In this document: positions 49,701 to 58,545 of the stretch, one piece after another
How positions within the stretch are numbered: the stretch's first letter is position 1
Layout of the letters: every line of letters starts with the position of its first letter
Source of the DNA: Callorhinchus milii
Taxonomy: Eukaryota
Assembly: GCF_018977255.1 (NCBI RefSeq)
Contig: NW_024704742.1
Location: 134,108,001-134,172,000 of the forward strand
Length of the DNA stretch: 64,000 nucleotides
Direction of reading: 5' to 3'
The notes under the pieces: model-generated
Database searches by the model: none
Told to the model about the DNA's origin: nothing
The model's input: the letters and a program-made list of their open reading frames with translations, nothing else
Translations under genes and position numbers: made by a program

Positions 49701-51040
49701 TTCACAAAATTTCCTGTAAAATGGATTGACTGTATATTTTTTGGGTAAAACGCAGCAGCCAATTGTGCACAGCGGTGTCCCACAAACAGTCGTGGATTGA
49801 GTGACCACATTATTCACTATTATTGTTTTTTGAAGAGATTATTACCCCCGGAAGCAATCCGCCAATCGACTAACAATCAGGTTCTTACTTACTGCTCGGT
49901 AAACAGAGGTGTGTGGAGTAAGGAAACCTGTATTAGGTTGTGTTCCGGGAATCAAACCCGGGTCCTCTGGCTTGTGAGGGAAGCGTGTATCCCCTGAGCT
50001 TCAGGAAACCACACAAGTCAAATCTTTACCAAGTGTTGTGAAGCATGTTAATTCCCTCTGCTCCCTCCCCCCCGATAAACTAATTAATTGAGAAGGGATA
50101 ATCAGTTTAAACACCTTTGTTTGGTTAGTAGCCAATGAGCCTGACACACATGAAACAAAGATTAAAAACACTTATTTTGAAAGGTTACTGTTATCGAAAT
50201 AGATTGGATAGGTTAGGCCTTTTTTTCGCTAGAGAAGAGACATTTAAGCAAGGACCTGATAAAATTGTTTTATATTATAAAAGCGTTTGATAAGGTTAAC
50301 ATTTAAAAAGTCTGTTTCTACTGGTTGGGGAGTCTGTAACCAGGGGACACAAATATAAGATAGTGACTAGGGGATCAAAAAGAGAATTTAGGAGGAACTG
50401 CTTCACCCTTGCCTAAGGTTTCGGCATGCCTGGGAATCAAACCCAGGTCCTCTCGCTTGCGCTTAGTGAGATTGTGGAACTCCCTTTCTCAAGCGGTACT
50501 GGAATCAGATAATGTAGGGACATTCAAGAGGAAGCTGGACCTTCATAGTGGGGAGAGGGGAACAGAAGGGGATGGGAGGGAGTAACGAATGGGTGAAGGT
50601 TCATGTAGAGCATAAACTCCAGCATGGACTGGTTGGGCCAAGTGGCCTATATTTGTGGTGTACAAATATAATAATAATATAATTCCATTTAATGTTTTTT
50701 CCGCTGATTATTCCGATTTCTTTAACAGGGTTTAATTTGTGGTATATCTTAACAGATTAATTAACTAGACATTTTCTGTTTTTAGTGTCCTCTTGGTCCT
50801 CACTTCATCTCCTTGTGTTATTCCAGGGTTTAAATTTCACCTTTTTTGTTTTATTTTGAAATAAATCACAGACTTCAAGGATGCAACCACAGTACTCACT
50901 TAACACGGCGTACTTTCTGGGATTCTCCAAGTGAAGGTCTTGAAGAAACTTTTTGTATCTTCCAAACACTTTCTCTCCAAAGTTCTTGATTGAGGCATAT
51001 CCAACGCTAACAGCATCCATATTAACAGCATCTTATCCAT
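34606..51040 (-). CDS. OACYL: O-acyltransferase-like protein (NRF-6 family: NRF domain plus acyltransferase-3), 15 coding exons, about 689 aa if the exon-1 frameshift is corrected
   Basis: Exons with GT-AG boundaries and matching phases encode family motifs: MYDSIG..GN...[89 protein letters not shown]. Known GRP-OACYL synteny supports the call. Confidence 0.93.
35315..35457 (-). CDS. OACYL: OACYL exon 14
   Basis: [47 protein letters not shown]; |gtgagt. Confidence 0.94.
36932..37118 (-). CDS. OACYL: OACYL exon 13
   Basis: [63 protein letters not shown]; |gtattg. Confidence 0.94.
37250..37742 (+). mobile_element. L2 LINE 3' fragment (OACYL intron 12)
   Basis: atcactcccatccttgcccgcttccactg..ttcaaaatccttgtcctcactttcaaagccct..aaaggcgctataaaaat. 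Confidence 0.85.
37828..37957 (-). CDS. OACYL: OACYL exon 12
   Basis: [43 protein letters not shown]; |gtattc. Confidence 0.92.
38383..38496 (-). CDS. OACYL: OACYL exon 11
   Basis: [38 protein letters not shown]; |gtaggc. Confidence 0.92.
38995..39074 (-). CDS. OACYL: OACYL exon 10
   Basis: [27 protein letters not shown]; |gtgagt. Confidence 0.94.
39359..39682 (+). mobile_element. tRNA-derived SINE nested in an older antisense Deu-SINE (about 39130-39350 and 39685-39735)
   Basis: Complete head, body and tail; the flanks join into one minus-strand Deu-SINE. Confidence 0.88.
39823..39988 (-). CDS. OACYL: OACYL exon 9
   Basis: [55 protein letters not shown]; |gtaggt. Confidence 0.93.
40857..41212 (+). 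mobile_element. tRNA-derived SINE nested in an older antisense Deu-SINE (about 40615-40850 and 41220-41350)
   Basis: Head, body and tail are present; the flanks are consecutive parts of a minus-strand Deu-SINE. Confidence 0.82.
42421..42522 (-). CDS. OACYL: OACYL exon 8
   Basis: [34 protein letters not shown]; |gtaagt. Confidence 0.93.
42795..43152 (+). repeat. Unclassified dispersed repeat, copy
   Basis: gttaaccctgcaagccaaagc..gccagacagtgct..ttgccaacctgtgccaaatactctccggaatcaggtaagcagg. Confidence 0.8.
43770..43872 (-). CDS. OACYL: OACYL exon 7
   Basis: [35 protein letters not shown]; |gtaagt. Confidence 0.93.
44660..45012 (+). mobile_element. tRNA-derived SINE
   Basis: Degenerate head, body and tail. 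Confidence 0.82.
45061..45240 (-). CDS. OACYL: OACYL exon 6
   Basis: [59 protein letters not shown]; |gtacgg. Confidence 0.93.
45410..45915 (-). repeat. Unclassified dispersed repeat, copy
   Basis: Reverse complement of the same family; links the 5' part (seen at 53775) to the middle part (seen at 42795). Confidence 0.78.
45695..45762. repeat. (CTT)n / (CTTCTG) microsatellite inside a copy of the unclassified repeat
   Basis: Read directly; it explains the poly-F and poly-R ORFs. Confidence 0.95.
47870..48240 (+). mobile_element. Deu-domain SINE
   Basis: cagcctggctcat..tcggatgagacattaaacc..ctgttcaggtggatgttaaagatccc..tail. Confidence 0.83.
48284..48537 (-). CDS. OACYL: OACYL exon 5
   Basis: Transmembrane segment [16 protein letters not shown] followed by a loop ending EKKCVA; |gtaagt, phase 1. 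Confidence 0.88.
48637..48778 (-). CDS. OACYL: OACYL exon 4
   Basis: [46 protein letters not shown]; |gtatgt, phase 2. Confidence 0.88.
49293..49371 (-). CDS. OACYL: OACYL exon 3
   Basis: [26 protein letters not shown](G), with the C-x-P-x-S-C motif; |gtaagc. Confidence 0.92.
49458..49597 (-). CDS. OACYL: OACYL exon 2
   Basis: (M)[46 protein letters not shown]; cag| ... |gtaact. Confidence 0.93.
49637..50012 (-). mobile_element. tRNA-derived SINE
   Basis: Family body and tail on the minus strand, ending 40 nt from the OACYL exon 2 acceptor. Confidence 0.83.
50190..50665 (+). mobile_element. CR1 LINE 3' fragment (interrupted by a SINE head)
   Basis: [29 protein letters not shown] motifs. 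Confidence 0.8.
50900..51040 (-). CDS. OACYL: OACYL coding exon 1 (apparent 1-nt deletion in an A-run at 50954-50950)
   Basis: [30 protein letters not shown] in one frame continues as [16 protein letters not shown] in another; donor A|GTGAGT at 50899. Confidence 0.8.
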   Translation of the reverse strand: MDKMLLIWMLLALDMPQSRTLERKCLEDTKSFFKTFTWRIPESTPC

Positions 51041-51059
51041 GGGTTAAATCAAGCTACTC

Positions 51060-51412
51060 TCAACAACAATAATTTGCTTTTGTATAGGTCCTTCACACAG
51101 AATAGTGTCCCAGAGCGCTTGACAGTGGTGGAGCACGACCCTAAGCCGGAGGGAGGGAGCAGGTGACCGTAAGCACGGGCAAAGAGGAAAGTCTTCAGGG
51201 AGGAGGAGGCAAGGCGGTGGGATTGGGGAGAGTGTTCCAGAGTTTCGGCGCGTAGTAGCTGATGGTGGAACGGAGGGCACGAGGGACAAACAGGAGGCTG
51301 GAGCCAGTCGAACAGAGATAACGGTTAGTGGGTTGGGGAGTAAGCAGGTCGGAGAGGAAGGAAGATACCAGGGCATGAGGGGATTTGAAGACAAGTGAGA
51401 GGATTCTGAAAT
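51060..51412 (-). mobile_element. L2 LINE 3' fragment ending about 20 nt upstream of the OACYL ATG
   Basis: Reverse complement of the L2 type at 21415-21795; tail attgttgttg. Confidence 0.8.
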
Positions 51413-52739
51413 TCTCTCCCCCTTTACACACACATATATATAGCAAAAGCATGGGGAAACTATGATGTCAATTGACTCCAAATCTTATTGCGATATCGGG
51501 GAGACTCATCAGAGAATCTAAAATTACACCATTGAAATTATAAGCATGAAATTGGTTTAATCAAAAAACAGGATGAAATTCACGTCTGTAGCTTAACCAT
51601 TCACACTTCCTCCAGAGTTGTTTAGACCCTCGGAAAGTAACAGTGAGTCACTTAGACCCTCGGAAAGTCAGTGTCAGAGTCTCCCCGATAAGTTTCGTGC
51701 CCGTCATCACGCTTGTAGGCTGGTGAAAGCAGATCTTCCTGGAATCAATTCAACGTTTGCTACACATTGATTTCCGGTCACGGTGGCACTTAGCAACCTG
51801 CGTGTCAGCCTGGCTCAATTGGTAGCGCTCTTGACTCTGAGTCAGTAGGTTGTCAATTCAAACCCCCATCTCGGGACTTGGAACTCGTATGGTCTCAGCC
51901 AGGGTGGTCCAATCTTTTAGCTACTGAGGACCGGATCCCTAGTTGAGAAACATCTGCCAGTCGCATTGGCAATATTTTAGAATTATAGGGAGCAGATGGA
52001 CCAGATGAAATCGGAGAGCCGCACAACAACAACGATAACAACAAATTACATTTGTACAGCAGCTTTCATGTCAGGAGGATGTCCCAAGGCGCTGGATAGT
52101 CAGGGATATCCGCACCCGAGTTGCTGGTTGGGATCAGGAGGGGAGGAGGGCGGGGAGAGGAGGGCTAGGAGGGTGACCGAAGACACTGTCAAAGAGGAGG
52201 ATCTTGAGATGGGCTTTGAAGGAGGTAACGGATGGATCGAGGCAGAGGGACTGTGAGATGGATTTCCAGAGGGTGGAGCAAAGAGGCTGAAAGCCTGCCC
52301 GCCAATGGTGGGACGGGCAAGACAGAGGATGTGTTGAGGTCCAGAGCCCGCTGCGCGGAGGGAGGGGACAGGTTGGTAGGAGGTTAGGAGGTCATAGTGA
52401 TCTCCTGTTACAGGATAGGGTGGGAGGTAGGCACAGCATAGTCCACCAATAGACCATAGGCCTCTGTGATACATCTGACCATGCATGCCCAAGCACCTGC
52501 ACCACTCACAGGATAGGGCTGCAGGCCTCTGTGATGCAAGATGCCATCTTATAGGACAAGTTATCTGAAGTAAGAACTTACAAGATTTTCACGAATGGGA
52601 CTAGTTATGAGTTAAGTGGAGTGACAAGTAAAGTGGAGTCCCTTATTAACATTTTTCATGGGGAGCTTCCAAGTTATTGACAGCATAGCTACTTAAGTGG
52701 TTTAAGCCAAGTTTGAGTTATCCAGAGTTTATTGCATAT

Positions 52740-53770
52740 ATACAATAACTTGCACTTATATAGCACCCTCCACGCAGGGTAGAGTCTCAGAGCGCTTAAC
52801 AGTGATGGAGTCTGACTCCGAGCCGGGGGGAAGGCGTACTGGCCATCAGCACGGTCGGAGAGAAAAGTGGAGCCTGGGCCAGAACTGGTGAGATGTGGGT
52901 ATGGAGTTTGGTCCGGGTCAGTATGCAGGCTGCAGAGTGAACGAATGAGCTGGATCTCGTGAATGATGGAGCTGGGGAGACCGCCGAGGAGTGTGTTGGA
53001 GTAATCCAAGCAGGAGGTGACAAATACATGTATGAGGGTTTCGGCAGCATTTGGGGTAAGGTACAGTCGTAGGCAGGCAATGTGGCGGGGGTGGAAGAAA
53101 GTGGTCCTGGTCAGGGAACGGATATGGGGGAGGAAGGACAGCTGGGGGTCAAACCTGATGCCTAGGTTGCACACTGGTTGGATGAGTTTGAGGGAGAACC
53201 CAGGGAGGTTGGGGAGTTTAGATCAGCAGGAGTGAGCCCTCGGGGGGGACCCCACAGGTGACCAGGCGGGGGTGGGAGGAGAAACCATTTGTTGAGATGA
53301 AATGGAGGCAGTTGGTTAAGTAGGACTTGAACCATGCGAGTGCAGTCCCACAAAGATAGATGAGGGAAGAGAGCTGATGGAGTAGGATGGAGTGGTCGAC
53401 TATGTCGAACGCGGCAGAGAGATCCAGGAGGACGAGGAGGCAGAGGAAGCCCTGGTCACAGATAGAGAGAATGTCATTTGTGACTTTGACAAGGGCTGTC
53501 TCTGTGCTGAGGGCAGTCAGGGCGAAAACCAGACTGCAGGAGCTCGAGGAGGGAGTGGAGGGAGAGGTGTGGACGAAGTTGACCTGCGACAATGCCTTCT
53601 GGGACTTTGGCACGGAAGAGTAAGAGATAGAGGGATTGAAGGTGGATTTTTTGAGGAGGGGTGTGATGAGAGCGGTTTTCAGAGGGAGTGGAACAGAGCC
53701 TGAGGAGAGAGAGACTGGTTGACCGTGTCAGGCAGTAGGGGAGAGAGAAGGGGGAGTTGAGTGAGCTCAT
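52740..53770 (-). mobile_element. L2-clade LINE, degenerate reverse-transcriptase region with internal deletions
   Basis: LQSGFRP..STETALVKVTNDIL..LVLLDLSAAFDIVDHSILL..WFKSYL..CGVP and NLGIRFDPQLSF..LIHVFVTSCLDYSN; frameshifted. Confidence 0.92.
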
Positions 53771-54165
53771 GGGGGAATCCCATGATGTCAGTTGACTCCA
53801 AATCGTATGGCACTATCACTATCCTCTATGGCGGTCTTGAGACGGGTTCTTGAGCAAGGCGGATCTGCAGGACTCCAGGATACTGCCGATGAGAGACCAG
53901 CTAATTCTTTCAATGGCAAGTTACATGAGTTTACATTCCAACAGTACCCAATGGACATTCTAGGATCCCAAGCCTTGGTCAACCTGTGTCTCATATTCTC
54001 CAGAAGTAGGTAAGTAGGGTACGTCCCTACAGGGAGAGAGAGTGCCCATTTCACAGGCAAATTTCCAATGTGTAGGTGGCGTGCATCTGGTTTGGGTACT
54101 CTTTAAGCATTGTGATGGGTTTCTACTTGGGCCCGGTACCAGCTTCCACGTGTGACCCCCCCAAA
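53771..54165 (+). repeat. Unclassified dispersed repeat, internally deleted copy with both ends
   Basis: gatgtcagttgactccaaat..ggatctgcag..cccaagccttgg..aacctgtgt..gtgtaggtgg..gacccccccaaa. Confidence 0.72.
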
Positions 54166-54306
54166 CAAAAGGTGCAAACTCAATGTAGGTTCATGTTGCG
54201 AATCTGCTCGTGTGCATGGAATGCGAATCCCACCTAAAAATACAGTGCGCACTCAATCCGCAAACCAGCTGCGCTGTGTGCGTACTGCATTCACGCTACC
54301 CTTTTT

Positions 54307-54680
54307 AGAGTCCAGTTGCGTATTGGTTAGAGTATTCGCTTCGCAAGCAAGAGGACCCGGGTTCGATTCCCGAGCTGGGCGAAACCTTAAGCAAGTTTCC
54401 TACTCCACACGCCTCTGTTTACCTAGAAATAAGTAAGAACCCGGTTATTAGCCGAAAGTGGATCACTTTCCGGAGGTAATAAACCCTTTAAATTAGCAAT
54501 AATAATTTGGTCACTCAATCCACGACTGTATGTGGGATACTGCTGTGCGCAATTTGCTGCCGTGTTTCACCCATAGAATACAGTTAATTCACTTTACAGT
54601 ATATTCTGAGATGCGCTTTGAGACATCTTGACGATGTGATAAAGCGCTCTATAAAACGCAAGGATTGCTATTATTCTTAT
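54307..54680 (+). mobile_element. tRNA-derived SINE
   Basis: GGTTCGATTCCCG B box, body and tail. Confidence 0.85.
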
Positions 54681-55365
54681 TACAATAATACAAGTTGCTG
54701 TTGCATTCCCAGATAATGAAGAAATAATGCGACGATTTTTTTTTAACCAGGAGCAAATTGTCTTTCACTGATCAACTTTCACCAAAAATAAAACTTGAAT
54801 ACTCTTTCATCCATTGTCTTCCCTGCTTGTCTGTCCCTGTCCGTCTTTCATTTCAAAGTGTGTTCTTCCTTCCCCGATCCACATCCACAAGATTTCGAGT
54901 GCACACTGGAATTTCAGATATGCACTAAGATTAGCGTTGGGTGTTGTAAGAAAGTACATTCAGTGCTGACAAATTGGATAATCTGAGCGGGTTTACGCAC
55001 TTTTTTATTTCCATTTATGTAGCGGCTCTAAAGCAACGTCTCAAAGCACTTCGCAGGGCAAGATTAGTTAGAAACCAACGTGAATACTAAGTAGTCAAAT
55101 ACTGCTGCATCTGGCAAAGAGCAATAGGATAAGTTGCCAGTTTTGTTTTATAATTTATAATTTTTGGAGTGAATTTGATGGAGGAGCGAATGCAGGGCAA
55201 GATGGCCACTGTTCTCGCTTTGAGATAGAAAGATCCGTTTTTAAGCGCTGTTCCCCACTGCCAGGACGTAGCAGTGATCCATCTGCATGGAGGTTACAAG
55301 ATCTGGCTGCATGCACTGAGCAGATTGAGTACTGAAATGAAACAGTCCGCTGGGAGGAATTACAT

Positions 55366-55688
55366 TAATAATAATAATCCTTGCATTTGATATAGCGCTT
55401 TTCACGTGGGGAGGACGTCCCAAAGCGCTTCACAGAACACACTGTAAAGTGAATTGACTATATATTTGTGGGCGAACGCGGCAGCCAATTGCGCACAGCA
55501 ATGTCCCACAAACAGTCGTAGATTGAAAATGACCAATTTATTATTGTTTTTGGTTTTTGGAGGGATTATTATTAGGCTCTGTGTGGAGTAAGGAAACTTG
55601 CCCAAGGTTTCGCCCTCTGCCTGGGATTGAACTCAGGTCTCTCACTTGCAAAGCGAGTGCTCTAACCACTGAGCTACAGGACTCCACG
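55366..55688 (-). mobile_element. tRNA-derived SINE, young subfamily, full length
   Basis: Nearly identical to 25201-25532. Confidence 0.93.
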
Positions 55689-58404
55689 ATGCAATGTAAT
55701 GTACTTTACCTATCCTCTATTTAACTGGCAGTAAATACGAAACCGGTTGTTAGTCAATTGATGGGTTGCTTTTCCGGTCGTAATAATTGCTTAAAAAAAT
55801 TGGTCACTCAATCCATGATTGTTTGTTGCACCTCTGTGTGAAATTGGCTGCTGTGTTTTGCCCACAAAATATAGTGACTACACTTCTCAATATATCCTCC
55901 AAAGTGCTTTGAGACGTCTCGAAGATGTGATAAAGCGCTATATCAAATGCAAGGATTATTATTAGGTATGGTAACGCGGGAGGTGCCAGTGTTAATACTG
56001 AGCTTCTAAAAGCTGCTCTGGAGGAAACAGTGGGGTCTTACAAATCAATTAGCAGTTGTTGATGACTAAACCTAGGACACGGCAGTAGACTTGGACTTCC
56101 ATAACTCACTTGAATCGTGTGGATCCCTCGACCAAGCTGAAGGCAAATGTCCACTGAATTGCCGATGAGGAAGGTCTGAGGCTTGAGACAACAGCTGCTG
56201 GAAGGTTCTTAGCTGGAGTCCAGGTTTTTGCGCTGGTATAGCCAAGGTTTCATTAGTTCACAGAGAGCTAAGCGGCTACTACTCAAGTTCCACATCGCTA
56301 ACCAAATTTTACGATTCTATGTTGCTTACCTCTGGAAGTCCCTCGATCTACCCCCACCTCACCCCCCACCTCACCCTCCATCTCACCCTCCTCACCCCTC
56401 TATATGTCCCAAAGTTGCACATTAAGACCTGGCTTTTTGACCACGCTTATGGTCACCTCTTCCTTTGCCATCTCTTTCCTGCTCAGTGTCTGACCCAGTC
56501 ATTGTAAAGCACGACAAGACGTCCTACGTGAAGAGCACCATATGACTGCAACGTGTTGATGACTGTCCTCCTGGGTTGGGGGGTTGTTAGGTGGGATCTG
56601 TTTGTGGCATATTTGGCTCATAATTGTATATCAGAGTTCAGTCAATCCTTTGAGGTAGCCCAATACCTTCAAGATCCTCACACTCATGTTCAAATCCACC
56701 TCCCTACCTCTCTGACCTCCTCACATCCCAATCCACCACCCGGCGCCTCTGCTCGACTAGCACCAGCCTCCTGCTCGTCCCTCACACTCTCCGCCCTACT
56801 ATCGGAGGTCGCTTTCAGCCACTACGCCCCAAAAGCTCTTGAACACTCTCCCTCAGTCCCTTCATCTTGCCCCTTCTCTCCCCTCTTTCAAGTCAGGCCT
56901 GAAAACCTTCCTCTTCGACCGTGCTTACGGCCACATTCCCTCTCCCCCCGGCTACAAGTCAGGCTCCACCGCTGTTAAGTGCTCTGAGATGCTACCCTGC
57001 GTGGAGGGCGCTATATAAGTTGTTGTTGTACTGGTGTCAACAATCCACAATATTCTAAGGCTCTGTTCATGATGAACCAGTCTGCCTTGTTTGTTAGTAG
57101 GACTTGGAAGGGAAGATACCAGTCACTGGAGCTGAAATTCTTCCCACTCAGCTCTTGTTGACTGTAAATGACGGACTAACGGGTAGGGTGGGGAAGCAGC
57201 GGGTAACTAACTATAAAATGCTTTCAATAGTAAACTCTGCGGTTTCAATAATAACAATAAACCTTGCATTTGATATAGCACCTTTTGCGCCATCTCAAAG
57301 CGCTTCACAGGATATATTGTAACGTGTATTTTGTGAGTGAATCATGGCAGCCAGTTTCGCACAACTTTCTGACTCAAGAAGCGAGAGCACTACCACTACA
57401 CCGCATTCACTGCACCCGACTGACACAGTGGTTAAACTTAGCTAATTAAACACCTGGTTCCCAAAGCCTTGACTCTTGCCAACCCGTGGCTAATACTCTC
57501 CAGAATTAGATGAGTGAGATGTGGCCCTCCGGGAGGTAGAGAATACGCTATGGTAAGTTGCACAATTTTTACTGGTTAAAATTCAGCAGTACTCACAGTG
57601 CCTACTGCTTCCGACAAACTTCCAAAAAGGGCTTAGAAGAAAAAGCAGCATATTGGGATCAGAAGGAAAAGTTCCGTCTGAGGAGGTATCATCAATGCAG
57701 ACTCAATGCGTCCAATTGGCTCTTTCTACCACTGTAATTTATTATAATTCTGTAAAGCTACCAGCGGGGGAGTGAGCACGAGCACAGACACAATGAGCTT
57801 AACAACCTCCTTCTGTTCAATGACTTTCCTATGAATCTTTGTTTTAATGAATCTATTGAGAGGAGTGATTTGAGAAGTTGGCTCGGTGGGTGGGAGAGTA
57901 ACTGCAGCAGCAGAAGAACCTTTAAACCCCGATCTCGCCTTTAAAATAATAATAATCCTTGCATGTGAAGCCTTATCATGATATCATTCGAGATGTCTCA
58001 AAGCACTTCACAGAGCATATTGTAAAGTGGATTCACTGTATTTTGTGAGAGAAACACAGCAGCCAATTGTGCATAGCAGTCTCCCACAAACAGTAGTGGA
58101 TTGAGTGACCAAATTATTTATTTTTTTTGAAGGGATTATTTCCCCCGAAAAGTGATTCCCCTAATCACCTAACAACCGGGTTGCCATATTTTGGAATATT
58201 CTTAAATTCAGTCATCATTTTGTATGATCACTAGATTGTCTGGCTGACACATGCGGAAACCAATCGCCATGTTTAAACCAGAAAGAATTCTGTGCATCCC
58301 ATCTACATGTGGAAATTTCCTGTGTATTGGAATGAATACTGCACAGGAATAATCATTTGGATGATTTCTCACTATCTTGCCCTTTCTGGTCCTAATGTCT
58401 TCCA

Positions 58405-58545
58405 AAAAAAAGTTCTGACAAAGTGTCGTGGACCCGAAATGTTGATTCACTTTCCTTTCTCCATAGATGCTGCCTGACCCGCTGAGTGCTCCCAGCAACT
58501 TCTGCTTTTGTTTCAGATTTACAGCATCTAGTATTTTGCGTTTTG
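58405..58545 (+). mobile_element. Penelope-like terminal fragment
   Basis: agttctgacaaagtgtcgtggacccgaaatgttg..ctccatagatgctgcctgacccgctgag; matches 30413-30515. Confidence 0.8.
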
